A stretch of 64,000 bases of DNA from the NCBI GenBank assembly GCA_964291415.2, contig OZ219919.1, forward strand, positions 96,001-160,000. The letters run 5' to 3'. Both the position numbers and the translations under genes were made by a program. The stretch comes from Alphaproteobacteria bacterium (GTDB lineage Bacteria > Pseudomonadota > Alphaproteobacteria > SP197). Positions 1-9,442 of this stretch are shown piece by piece. The notes under the pieces were generated by a model, which did not search any database, was not told the origin of the DNA, and saw nothing but the letters and a program-made list of their open reading frames with translations. Every line of letters begins with the position of its first letter. Within the stretch, counting starts at the first letter, position 1.

Positions 1-131
1 CAGGCCCGAGTGGACACTGCTCCCTTCCGACAATCAAGACGGCGGCACGGGGGATGCGCGCAATCGCGGCGCGACATCCCGTACCTGGGTGCTAAGATGG
101 GAACGAAGGTTCCAACCGGGAGGACAAGGCC

Positions 132-1136
132 ATGCCGGACACGCCGCGACAGGCAGCGGAACGCCTCTTTCGTGACGCCATCATCTGGGATGATCACGCA
201 GGGTTTGGTCCCGATCCCGGTGTCGACCTCTCCAAGCTGCGCATCTGGAAGGAGGCCGGCGTCCATTATCTCAGCGTCAATGTCGGCTACGACGTCATGG
301 ACTGGCGCGATTCGATCAAGTCGCTCGCCGCATTCCGGCGCTGGATTCTGGCCAGCGACGGCTATGACCTCGTCTCCTCGGTCGACGGGATTCGCGCGGC
401 CAGGAAGGCCGGCAATCTCGCGGTGAGTTTCGATCTTGAAGGGATGAATGCCCTCGATGGGTCCCTGGACATGGTCGAGATGTACCATCATCTCGGTGTT
501 CGCCAGATGCTCGTCGCCTACAACAGGAACAATCTTGCCGGCGGTGGATGCCATGACGAGGACATCCGTCTGACGGCGTTTGGCAGGGCCGTGATCGGCG
601 AGATGAACAGGCTCGGCATGATCGTCGACTGTTCGCACACCAGCTACTCATCCTCCATGGAGGCGATGGAAGTCTCCACGGCGCCGTGCATCTTCTCGCA
701 TTCCAACGCCCGGGCGCTACGGGATCACGAGCGCAACATCCGCGATGACCAGGCGAAGGCCTGCGCGGCAACAGGCGGCGTGGTGGGCATCGTCGGAATC
801 GGCATCTTTCTGGGCGACAACGACATCCGCACGACGACCATGGCGGACCATGTCGACCACTACGTCGATCTTCTCGGACCCGACCACGTCGGCATCGGCC
901 TCGACTACGCCTTCGAAAGCGATGATGACGGGGGTGAAGGCCTGGGAAGCGTCCTCGAGCGCAACACGGACTACTGGCCGAAGGCCCAGTACGACCACCC
1001 GGACATCACCTGTGCAGCGCCAGGCCAGATCCTTGAACTCGCCGAGGAACTGTTCCGGCGCCAGTACTCCGAACGGGATGTCCGCGCCATCATGGGCGGC
1101 AACTTCATGCGGGTTGCCGAAGCAGTCTGGAAGTAG
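132..1136 (+). CDS. Membrane dipeptidase family (peptidase M19) metallohydrolase
   Basis: WDDH, FDLEG, YNRNN-AGG, VDCSH, FSHSN, HVGIGLD and GGNFMRV motifs of renal-dipeptidase-like proteins; AGGA RBS upstream. Confidence 0.9.
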   Translation: MPDTPRQAAERLFRDAIIWDDHAGFGPDPGVDLSKLRIWKEAGVHYLSVNVGYDVMDWRDSIKSLAAFRRWILASDGYDLVSSVDGIRAARKAGNLAVSFDLEGMNALDGSLDMVEMYHHLGVRQMLVAYNRNNLAGGGCHDEDIRLTAFGRAVIGEMNRLGMIVDCSHTSYSSSMEAMEVSTAPCIFSHSNARALRDHERNIRDDQAKACAATGGVVGIVGIGIFLGDNDIRTTTMADHVDHYVDLLGPDHVGIGLDYAFESDDDGGEGLGSVLERNTDYWPKAQYDHPDITCAAPGQILELAEELFRRQYSERDVRAIMGGNFMRVAEAVWK

Positions 1137-1259
1137 GGACCCTGACCTGGAAGCCGGCGATTCGGGAACGACCGAACCGGGCGGAGTGGATGCAACGCCG
1201 GGCCAGACGGGAGGTGCGTGCCGACCGGTGACCGAACCACGGGTTACGGCCGCAATGGT

Positions 1260-3320
1260 TCAGCCGAGATCGAGTTCCTTCTTGCGCCGTTCGGCCCACG
1301 TACGGACGATCTGGTCGACGGCAAGACCGATGAAGGCGACGCACAGGCCGAGCGTGAGACCGATGCCGGTTCCGCGGGGATCCGAGATCGCCCCGAGGAT
1401 CAGCTGGCCGAGATCGGTGGTGCCGATGAAGGCGCCGATGATCACCATGAAGAGGCCGAAGATCACCGTCTGGTTCAATCCCAGCATGATGTGCGGAAAG
1501 GCGAGCGGGAACTCGATCTGGACCAGCCTTTGCATGCGCGAGACGCCTGACATCGTGCCTGCTTCCTGAATCACCGCGGGCACGCTGCGCAGCCCCTCCA
1601 CCGTGTAGCGGGTGGCTGGCACCAGGGCATAGACCACGGATGCAATGATCACGGATGTGTCGGTGATGCCGAACAGCATGATCACCGGAATGAGGTAGAT
1701 GAAGGATGGAAATGTCTGCAGGAAGTCGCAAACGAGGAGCACCGCCCTTGTCGCCAGGCGGTTCTGCGCGCACAACGTGCCCACGACGAGCCCGACGACA
1801 GCCGCCACCATGACGGAAAAGGAGGCCATGTAGGCGGTGATGAGAGCCCTGTCCCAGTACTCCGACAAGGCGATGAAGAGCAGGAAACCGCCGACGATGA
1901 GTGCGGATTTCAGACCATCGAGAAGGAAGGCAAGGCCCATCATGAGCACGAAGGTGGCGATCACCGGCATGCCGAGATAGAGATCCCGCATCGGGAAGAG
2001 CACCTTGATGATCAGGAACTCGTTGAAGCCCTTCAGCGTGAAGAAGAAGGTATCCCAGATCCAGTCGACCGCCGCCTGCCAGAAGGGAGCGGTCGTGATG
2101 CCCTTGTTGTGCGGCACGATGTAGAGGTAGTTGCGGTCCTCCCCGAAGATGAACGACCCGGCCCAGGCAAGCAGACATCCGGCAACCAGGATGGCAGCCA
2201 GCACGATCACCAGGCGATGGCGCTCGAAGAAGGAGAGATCCGCAAAGTAGTCCGTCTGCTTGTGGGCCCAGGCCAGCGACATCCTGTCGAGAACCACAGC
2301 AATGAGCACGATGCACAGTCCGATCTCGATGCCGGTGCCGACCTTGAGGGAGTTCAGGGCGATCATCAGGTTCGATCCAAGGCCCTGTGCGCCGATGAAG
2401 GATGCGATCACGGTCATCGCCAGGCACTGCATCACCACCTGGTTGACGCCGATGAGAACATCGCGCTTGGCGGTCGGCACGAGCACCCGGAACAGCAGCT
2501 GGAATCTGCCGCACCCGTTCATGATGCCGGCCTCGACGACATCCGCCGGCACGTTCTTCAGGCCGAGCAGCGTGAGTCGCACCATCGGCGGCGTGGCAAA
2601 GATGATGGTGGCGATGGCAGCCGCGTGATCCCCGACCCCGAAGAGGACGATGACAGGAACAAGGTACGAATAGTGCGGCATCGTCTGGGCCACATTGAGA
2701 AGCGGATTGAGAGCCGACTCGACTGCCCTGTTCCTGAAGGCCCAGATGCCCAGAGCCAGCCCGAGAACCACGGACACCGGCGCCGCCACCAGAACGAACG
2801 AGAGCGTTTGCATCGACGGCTCCCACTGCCCGAAGACGGCGACGTAGACAGTGGAGAAGGCCGCCAGGGCCGCCAGCCCGATTCCCTGGAGCCTGTAGCC
2901 CAGAACGATGGCCCAGCCCGTGATCACCGTCCATGGCAGGGCGGGCCAGCGCAGCCAAGGATTCTCGTTGATGAAGTTCCAGTCCGTGAAGGCGACGATC
3001 GTCTTGACCCCGCCAAGCATGACCTCGCGGACAGCGTCAATGATGAGGAGAAGAGAGCTCGAGATCGCCCGTGTCATCTCGCGGAACAGGGGTCTGGTCT
3101 CGTAGTCGTCGATCGTTGGATCGTAGACCTCGATCGGCATCCACTCGAAGAGCAGGTTCTGGACCGTGTCGTTGATGATGAACGGCAGATCCTTCAGCAG
3201 CGGCGGAAACCGCCACAACCAGTTGGCGTCCGAAGGATTGACCAGCAGGCACAACAGCACGAAAACAACGAAGAGGACGCCAAAACCGATGGTCTTGCGG
3301 GATATCCGTGGTGCCGCCAT
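1260..3320 (-). CDS. Glycine betaine/TMAO-type ABC transporter permease with two fused ProW-like domains
   Basis: Two EAA loops (VVEAGIMNG, IQEAGTMSG); QTMPHYSYLVP and QTFPSFIYLIP motifs; many TM segments; operon with ATPase and binding protein. Confidence 0.9.
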   Translation of the reverse strand: MAAPRISRKTIGFGVLFVVFVLLCLLVNPSDANWLWRFPPLLKDLPFIINDTVQNLLFEWMPIEVYDPTIDDYETRPLFREMTRAISSSLLLIIDAVREVMLGGVKTIVAFTDWNFINENPWLRWPALPWTVITGWAIVLGYRLQGIGLAALAAFSTVYVAVFGQWEPSMQTLSFVLVAAPVSVVLGLALGIWAFRNRAVESALNPLLNVAQTMPHYSYLVPVIVLFGVGDHAAAIATIIFATPPMVRLTLLGLKNVPADVVEAGIMNGCGRFQLLFRVLVPTAKRDVLIGVNQVVMQCLAMTVIASFIGAQGLGSNLMIALNSLKVGTGIEIGLCIVLIAVVLDRMSLAWAHKQTDYFADLSFFERHRLVIVLAAILVAGCLLAWAGSFIFGEDRNYLYIVPHNKGITTAPFWQAAVDWIWDTFFFTLKGFNEFLIIKVLFPMRDLYLGMPVIATFVLMMGLAFLLDGLKSALIVGGFLLFIALSEYWDRALITAYMASFSVMVAAVVGLVVGTLCAQNRLATRAVLLVCDFLQTFPSFIYLIPVIMLFGITDTSVIIASVVYALVPATRYTVEGLRSVPAVIQEAGTMSGVSRMQRLVQIEFPLAFPHIMLGLNQTVIFGLFMVIIGAFIGTTDLGQLILGAISDPRGTGIGLTLGLCVAFIGLAVDQIVRTWAERRKKELDLG

Positions 3321-3330
3321 GGCCGCCCGG

Positions 3331-4413
3331 TCAAGTCCCCTGCCTGGTGCCGAAGAGGACGTTGATCACATGGGAGGCGTGGAGAATGCCGACGAGCCGG
3401 TCGTCGGCATCGACCACGCCGACAGGCCGTGTCTGGTTCAGAATCGCTTCGGCAACAGTCTCGATGATCAGATCCTTGGAGACCCTGAGGTCGGAGAGTG
3501 CTTCCGTCTCGTCAATCGGATCCATGAGAACCTCGATCTTCAGGACCTTTTCCCGTGGCACGTCCTGGGTGAACTTGCGGACATACTCCGTGGCCGGCTC
3601 CAGGATGATGTTGGCCGGCGTATCGAGTTGCTCGATGATGCCCTCCTTCATGATGGCGATACGGTCGGCCAGACGAAGCGCCTCGTCGAAGTCATGGGTA
3701 ACAAAGAGAATGGTCTTGTTGAGGACTTCCTGGAGTCTCAGGAACTCGTCCTGCATCTCCTTGCGGATGAGCGGATCGAGAGCAGAGAACGGTTCATCGA
3801 GGAACCAGATATCGGGTTCGACCGCCAGCGAACGGGCGATTCCGACCCGTTGCTGCTGACCGCCGGAAAGTTCCCTGGGAAAGTAGTTTTCACGCCCCTG
3901 AAGACCGACGAGTTCCGCCATGTCCCGCGCCCTCGAGACACTGTCCCGGGTCTTCATTCCCTTCATCTGGAGCGGGAAGGCGATGTTCTCCAGCACGGTC
4001 TTGTGGGGCAGAAGGCCGAAGTTCTGGAACACCATGCCCATCCTGGAACGTCGCATGTCCAGCAGTTGCCGGCCGTTCATGGCCAGAAGGTCCTGCCCCT
4101 CGATGAAGATCTTGCCTGCGGACGCCTCGGTCAGCCTGGAGATGCAACGAAGCAGCGTCGACTTGCCCGAACCGGACAATCCCATGATGACGAGGAGTTC
4201 GCCGGCGTGAACCTCGAACGAGGCGTTGTTGACCCCGACAATGCAGCCGGCCGCCTTGGCGGCATCGGCGTCAACGAATCCATCGGCTCCCTCAAGCAGG
4301 CTCTTCGCATGACGCCCGAAGATCTTGTAGACGGACCGGCACTCGATGACTGGTTTCCCTTCGCCATCCGCCCGTCCTCTAGAAGGCATGAACTCTCCCC
4401 CGTTTTCGTGCAT
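3331..4413 (-). CDS. Glycine betaine/proline-type ABC transporter ATP-binding protein (ProV/OpuAA-like)
   Basis: Walker A GLSGSGKS, LSGGQQQRV, FLDEPFSALD, FVTHD; start codon uncertain (may be a few codons downstream). Confidence 0.93.
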   Translation of the reverse strand: MHENGGEFMPSRGRADGEGKPVIECRSVYKIFGRHAKSLLEGADGFVDADAAKAAGCIVGVNNASFEVHAGELLVIMGLSGSGKSTLLRCISRLTEASAGKIFIEGQDLLAMNGRQLLDMRRSRMGMVFQNFGLLPHKTVLENIAFPLQMKGMKTRDSVSRARDMAELVGLQGRENYFPRELSGGQQQRVGIARSLAVEPDIWFLDEPFSALDPLIRKEMQDEFLRLQEVLNKTILFVTHDFDEALRLADRIAIMKEGIIEQLDTPANIILEPATEYVRKFTQDVPREKVLKIEVLMDPIDETEALSDLRVSKDLIIETVAEAILNQTRPVGVVDADDRLVGILHASHVINVLFGTRQGT

Positions 4414-4481
4414 TCCCGACCCGCGGGACGCGACTCCTGATTCTTTGTGGTTGGCGCGGCCGGGTCAATGCTCTAATGCAA

Positions 4482-4541
4482 TCGGGCCCTCCGGTGACGG
4501 AGGGCCCGACAGAAATGTCACGCAAGGCAGGATTGCCTTGC
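4482..4541 (-). terminator. Two GC-rich hairpins downstream of the binding-protein gene (terminator or mRNA-stabilising)
   Basis: TCGGGCCCTCCG-GTGA-CGGAGGGCCCGA (4482-4509) and GCAAGGCA-GGAT-TGCCTTGC (4522-4541); no clear U-tract. Confidence 0.6.
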
Positions 4542-4554
4542 CCGAGAGCTGCGT

Positions 4555-5526
4555 TCAGTTGCTTTCGCCGAGAACCGATTCGGTCCAGGGCTTCCAGACG
4601 TCCTCGTTGTCGGCCAGCCACTTGGCCGCGGCATCCTCATGGGTCATCTTGTCGAGATCGACCAGAGCCGCCATGGAACCGATCTGCGGCGTGTTGAACG
4701 TGAGTTTCGAGAACACCGTGTAGGCCTGGGGATGGGTCTTCGGGAGCCTGTAATGCGCTCCCTTCTTCAGCCAGCCGACCGGTGAGCCGCAACCCGTGGA
4801 ACTGAGGTCGCCGCCATCGACGATGCGGCAACCGTCGTAGTAGGGCGGAAACTCGATGAAGGTGAACCCTTCGGCATCCGTGAAGTTCGGGGTCCAGTTG
4901 AAGATGATCGTGCCGCGCCCTTCCTTCTTGGCCGCCTCGAGTTCGGCCCACAGGGCATCGGCAGCACCGGCAAACTTGACCACCCAGGTGTCGTCGAGCC
5001 CCAGTCCCTTGATGCGGTTGGGCATGATGTCGCCATGCCAGCTCTGGGGACCCTCGAGCCAGCGGCCCTTGCCGCCGGAATCCGGGGTGGCAAAGTTGGC
5101 ATAGCAGTCCTTGAGCGCCTCCCAGGCGGGCAGGCCGGGGCACAGGCCCTGGTCGATCACCCAGTTCGGCACACCCATCTCCTCGAGCGTCTCGGCGTCA
5201 TGGGTGCCCGCATCGATCAGGCCGCCCTTCTCCATGGCGCTGTAGTAGGCGTTCTGCATGGTCGACTGCCACACCTCGTGCAGGATGTGGATGTCGCCGA
5301 CGCGCACGGCCTCGAAACTCGCCTGGTTGTCGACAGGCACGTACTCGACGGTGGCGCCGATGCTCTCGAAGATGCCACCGATGACGTGGGCCATGACGAT
5401 CTGGCTCGACCAGTTCTTGATGGGAATCTTGATCGGTTCGTTGCTGTCCGCACTCGCTGTCCCGGCAATCGCCAGGACGGCCGCCGACATGAACCCCACA
5501 ATCCCCCCTCTCATTCTTCGATTCAC
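4555..5526 (-). CDS. Glycine betaine-family ABC substrate-binding protein, TmoX-like (copy 1)
   Basis: Signal peptide then NWSSQIVM, EVW, CPGLPAWEALKDC, FNWTPNF, AAAKWL motifs resembling roseobacter TmoX; GTG start at 5526 behind GGGGAG. Confidence 0.88.
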   Translation of the reverse strand: MNRRMRGGIVGFMSAAVLAIAGTASADSNEPIKIPIKNWSSQIVMAHVIGGIFESIGATVEYVPVDNQASFEAVRVGDIHILHEVWQSTMQNAYYSAMEKGGLIDAGTHDAETLEEMGVPNWVIDQGLCPGLPAWEALKDCYANFATPDSGGKGRWLEGPQSWHGDIMPNRIKGLGLDDTWVVKFAGAADALWAELEAAKKEGRGTIIFNWTPNFTDAEGFTFIEFPPYYDGCRIVDGGDLSSTGCGSPVGWLKKGAHYRLPKTHPQAYTVFSKLTFNTPQIGSMAALVDLDKMTHEDAAAKWLADNEDVWKPWTESVLGESN

Positions 5527-5820
5527 AATATTTCTCCCCAATTTTGGTGACCTTAGGTGATGCCCTAGCCGGAATGGCAGAACGCCTCGAAGTCTTGTGG
5601 CAACGGTGGTCCGAGTCAAGCCGGACCCGAGAAGGCAGCTGGCCCGCTGTCGCAGCAAGCCACCCGCGCTCCACGTCCGGCATGTCAGAACCCACGCCCG
5701 AAGGCTGGACAGCCGCTTGCGGGCTGCCCGCACCGGGCGCAACCGTGGGCAAGACTTGCAGGTCGTGACGGCAGAGCGCAGTCTTGCGGCTGCAGGGCAA
5801 CGAGCCGCCGGAGACACGCC

Positions 5821-6699
5821 ATGAGGCCCCTCGACGTCCACCCGCCCGAGACCATGGGTGCGGTGCCGACCTTCGTTCCCGAGTCCAGCGAATGCGCGGG
5901 ACCGGCGGCGACCGCGGCGTACAGGCAGGACGGGGTGATCTGCCTGCGCGGTGCAATGGGAGAGGGCTGGCTCGCCGTGATCGAGGACGCAATCAGTCTG
6001 TTCCAGGCCGAGCAGGCCGAAGGCGACGATCACAACGTGATTGTCCGGGGCGAAGGCGATGACGGTGCCTTCCAGTACTCCTCGATGATGTGGAAGCACA
6101 ATCGGCTGTTCCGCGAGGTGATCTTCGAATCGCATGCGCCCGACCTCTTTGGCAGCCTGCTCGGGACGCGCCAGCTCAACTTCTTCTACGACTTTCTCCT
6201 TATCAAGCATCCGGGCTGTCGCAGCGCCTCGACGCCGTGGCATCAGGACATGTCCTACTATGCGCTGCACGGCACGCAGATCATCAACTGCTGGATCGCG
6301 CTCGACGACATCCCGGTCGAGACCGCCCTGCGCTTCGTCCGGGGCTCACACAGGACGGGCGAAATCTTCCGATCGGTCCACTTCGACCCCGACAGGACCT
6401 ATGACGGTCCGATGGAGGAGCGCCGCCTGCCTCCCGACTTCGACCGGGACGGCGAGGCCGACATCGTGACCGTCGCCATGAACCGGGGCGACGCGCTGGT
6501 CTGGAACGCCCGGACATTCCATTCCGCGCCAGGCAACCATCTCGACCGCCGCCGTGCGGCGCTCTCGCTCAACTTCGCCGGCGACGACGTGACCTACTTC
6601 GACATGCCGGGCGAATCGGACCCGCCGGACCGGGGCGAAGGTCTGGTCGAGGGAGGCCCCATCACCTGTACGACCTTCCCCGTCGTGCGCTCCTGGTAG
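5821..6699 (+). CDS. Phytanoyl-CoA dioxygenase (PhyH) family Fe(II)/2OG oxygenase
   Basis: TPWHQD (HxD), CWIALD, FHSAPGN distal His, RRAAL. Confidence 0.88.
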   Translation: MRPLDVHPPETMGAVPTFVPESSECAGPAATAAYRQDGVICLRGAMGEGWLAVIEDAISLFQAEQAEGDDHNVIVRGEGDDGAFQYSSMMWKHNRLFREVIFESHAPDLFGSLLGTRQLNFFYDFLLIKHPGCRSASTPWHQDMSYYALHGTQIINCWIALDDIPVETALRFVRGSHRTGEIFRSVHFDPDRTYDGPMEERRLPPDFDRDGEADIVTVAMNRGDALVWNARTFHSAPGNHLDRRRAALSLNFAGDDVTYFDMPGESDPPDRGEGLVEGGPITCTTFPVVRSW

Positions 6700-6766
6700 G
6701 CACTCCCCGAAAGCGGCCGGCCGTCAGCACGGTGTCGTGCGAAAGGACAACCCTCAGTCCCTGCTG

Positions 6767-7720
6767 TCACCCATAGTAGCCGGCGCGCACGGTCGCGCCG
6801 ATGAAGTTGCAGATGAGCCGTTCGGCGTGAATCATGGTGATGTTGCCTGCATCGCGGCCAGGTGCAATCTCCACCAGGTCCATGCCGAGCACGCGTCCCT
6901 TGCCCACGAGGCCGTGGATCAGCTTGCGGGTCTGCATCCAGTCGAGGCCGCCGGGCGTCTGGGCCATGACGGCCGGCATGATGGTGGGATCGAGTCCGTC
7001 GGCATCGATCGTGAGGTAGTAGGGCCCACCGTCGGGGATGCGGTCGAGCACGGCGTCCATGCCGATGTCGTGCATTTCGTAGGCCGTGATGATGTCGGCT
7101 CCGTACGCCCGGGCGGCTTCGACCTCGCCGTGGCGTGCACTCCCGATCCCGCGAATTCCGATCTGCGTGATGTGGCCGAACCAGGCCATCTCGGACGCCC
7201 GCCGGATCGGGCTGGAATAGCCTTCCGGTTCGCCGTTGACCTCGTCGCGCCAGTCGAGATGGGCATCGACGTGGACCAGCGTGATCTCGTCTTCCCGTTC
7301 CAGGGCCCGCATGACCGGAATCGGAATGCCGTGATCGCCACCCAGCGTCACGAGAACCGCTCCCGAGGCGAGTATCTTGCGGGCGGCAGCCTCGGCACGC
7401 CGGTAGTGCTCGGCATGATCACCCATGTCGGCGGTCACGTTGCCGCAATCGACCACGCGGACGGGCCGGTCATCGAGCAGGGTCCCTCCGAGGTCCCAGT
7501 CGAAATGGTTTCGTGTGTAGTCGCTCATATGGGAGCACTGGCGTATGGCGTCGGGTGCGCGACTCTGGTCGTTCGCCATTTCGTCGGGTCTGTAGGGCAT
7601 GCCGTAGGGAATGCCGAGGATGGCGATGTCCGCCTCGAGGCCGTCGAGATCGAGCGCCAGCGGAAAGTCCAGAAAGGTTGCCGGCGGCATGCCGGGTGGT
7701 GCGGTCAGGTCTTGGCTCAT
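6767..7720 (-). CDS. Agmatinase/ureohydrolase family protein
   Basis: GGDHG, HVDAHLD, TIDADGLDP, DLVEIAP metal-binding motifs; ATG at 7720 after GAGGAG. Confidence 0.9.
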   Translation of the reverse strand: MSQDLTAPPGMPPATFLDFPLALDLDGLEADIAILGIPYGMPYRPDEMANDQSRAPDAIRQCSHMSDYTRNHFDWDLGGTLLDDRPVRVVDCGNVTADMGDHAEHYRRAEAAARKILASGAVLVTLGGDHGIPIPVMRALEREDEITLVHVDAHLDWRDEVNGEPEGYSSPIRRASEMAWFGHITQIGIRGIGSARHGEVEAARAYGADIITAYEMHDIGMDAVLDRIPDGGPYYLTIDADGLDPTIMPAVMAQTPGGLDWMQTRKLIHGLVGKGRVLGMDLVEIAPGRDAGNITMIHAERLICNFIGATVRAGYYG

Positions 7721-7861
7721 GGCGCGTTCTCCTCGGTCGGCGTGCGACAACAACAACTCGCCGGACTCCACGGTTTCCGAAGCGGCAGGAATGTGCCGCA
7801 TTCTTCCTCAAGACTGACCCGATGGTAGTGCAGGTTCCCTGGCGAAGGCCACTGCGACCGG
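7686..7861 (-). repeat. Diverged repeat: decayed HNH 3' end + spacer + agmatinase start (partner 9375-9551)
   Basis: 7701-7860 vs 9391-9550 align ungapped at 127/160; translates SQWPSPGNLHYHRVSLEEECGTFLPLRK vs HNH C-terminus SEWPAPTYLHYHRAMFEDEYGTFQPLRK. Confidence 0.9.
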
Positions 7862-8008
7862 AAGAGCGGGACGACACTCTCCTTCTTCAATCAGGCGAAG
7901 TCCCTGACCGTGTGCCGGAAGAGCCTGCCGGACATGGCGGTGGTGCTGCCGCCTTGACGGGGCGCAAGCGTGGACTCCAAGCTCCCGGAGCCTTTGGGAG
8001 ACACCGTC

Positions 8009-9145
8009 ATGACGGACGGACTGACGACGGTGCGCGCGGCGCTCCGGCGCGCGCTGGCGAGCAGCCATCAGGAGGCCCGGGCCATGCCGGCGGCGTTCTA
8101 CACCGACCCGGACCTCGCGACCCTCGAGGTGGAGCATCTGTTCAAGAAGGAATGGCACTGCGTCGGCCGCGTTGAGGAGGTCGCCGAGCCGGGCCAGGTC
8201 ATGCCCTACCGCCTGGCGAACGAGCCGCTGGTCATCGTGCACGGCCGCGACGGGGCCATCCGGGCGCTGTCGAACGTCTGCCGCCACCGCGGCACCCTGA
8301 TCGTCCGCGAGAAGGGCCGGGGCAGGCGGCTGGTGTGCCCCTACCACCAATGGTCCTACGAGCTCGACGGCCGGCTCGCCGCCGCGCCGAGGATCCCGGA
8401 ACGCGACGACTTCCGCATCTCCGACTGCCGCCTTCCGGAGTTCCCCTGCGAGGTCTGGATGGGCTTCGTCTACGTCAACCTTGATGCCGCAGCCGGGCCG
8501 CTTGCTCCGCGGCTTGCCGATCTCGAGGCATTGGTCGCTCCCTACCACATGGAGGAGATGTGGCTGGGCTGGCTCGGCGAGGAAGTCTGGGAGACCAACT
8601 GGAAGGCCATGGTGGAGAACTACATGGAGAGCTACCACCTCACGCCGCTCCACAAGAACACGCTCCACAACCTCAATCCCACCAGTCTCGCCAGGCACAT
8701 CCCCGCAGGCGAGCACTGGTTCGGCTACGAGGTCGGCTTTCCCGAGGACCTGCCGCGTGTGACGGCGGGTCATCCCGACCTGACGAAGAAACAGTCTGAC
8801 ACCTGCATCATGGCGATGGTGCAACCGGGCAGCGGTATCGGGCTTGCCGCGGACTACAGTTCGTTCCTGTGCCTGCAGCCCGAGGGCACGGACCGGGTGC
8901 GCTACAAGGCGGGCGTCCTCTTCTGGGGAGACGCATGGCCGCAGAGCTCGGTCGACCGTGCGGTCGAGCTGTTCCACAAGACCATGGCCGAGGACCGCTC
9001 CGTGCTGGAACCGATGATGCAGGGCTACCGCAGCGCCCACCACGAGAGCGGTCCCCTTGCGCCGCCCTCGCTGGAGGGCCCGATTCTCGATCTGGCCCGG
9101 TATGTCGGTCGACGCCTGCTGCCAGCGATGAACGGGGCCGCCTGA
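8009..9145 (+). CDS. Rieske non-heme iron oxygenase alpha subunit (choline/betaine/stachydrine monooxygenase-like)
   Basis: CRHRG...CPYHQW Rieske motif; ENYMESYHLTPLH and AED iron site; GGGAG RBS before ATG 8009. Confidence 0.92.
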   Translation: MTDGLTTVRAALRRALASSHQEARAMPAAFYTDPDLATLEVEHLFKKEWHCVGRVEEVAEPGQVMPYRLANEPLVIVHGRDGAIRALSNVCRHRGTLIVREKGRGRRLVCPYHQWSYELDGRLAAAPRIPERDDFRISDCRLPEFPCEVWMGFVYVNLDAAAGPLAPRLADLEALVAPYHMEEMWLGWLGEEVWETNWKAMVENYMESYHLTPLHKNTLHNLNPTSLARHIPAGEHWFGYEVGFPEDLPRVTAGHPDLTKKQSDTCIMAMVQPGSGIGLAADYSSFLCLQPEGTDRVRYKAGVLFWGDAWPQSSVDRAVELFHKTMAEDRSVLEPMMQGYRSAHHESGPLAPPSLEGPILDLARYVGRRLLPAMNGAA

Positions 9146-9220
9146 TCGCCGGAGACGGGCCGCGTCCGATCAAGGGCGACATCACGACGCTGGCGGTCGT
9201 GATCCGGAATCTCATCCACG

Positions 9221-9376
9221 CCATCCTCGTGAATGTCCCGCTCACGCATTCCGAAACTGTGCAGGAAGGCTGCCCTGGTCATGGCGTCACCGAGCGGACT
9301 TGATGAGGCGATCGGCCGTGCGGCGGATCGCAGGGACATGTTCATCCAGTGCCGGGAGGGTCGACAGACAAGATGG
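9221..9376 (-). pseudogene. Decayed copy of M48 peptidase 3' end + HNH gene 5' start (partner 10269-10424)
   Basis: 9271-9370 vs 10319-10418 align ungapped at 89/100; MTRAAFLHSFGMRERDIHE vs HNH MTKAVLLLSSSTHYKDIPE. Confidence 0.9.
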
Positions 9377-9442
9377 CATGTCGGGGCGGCACGGTCAGGT
9401 CATGGCTCATGGCATTTTCTCCCCGATCGGCGTGCAACAACA

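Larger units (their letters stand above)
4457..5528 (-). repeat. 1072-bp inverted repeat, copy 1 (partner 25107-26178)
   Basis: Reverse complement matches 25107-26178 with about 14 substitutions counted by eye; covers the CDS and both downstream hairpins. Confidence 0.97.

Noticed and set aside
5600-5650. SRP-RNA-like segment (GTCAAGCCGGACCCGAGAAGGCAGC)
   Set aside because: Does not match the conserved domain IV pattern and no long enclosing hairpin is evident.
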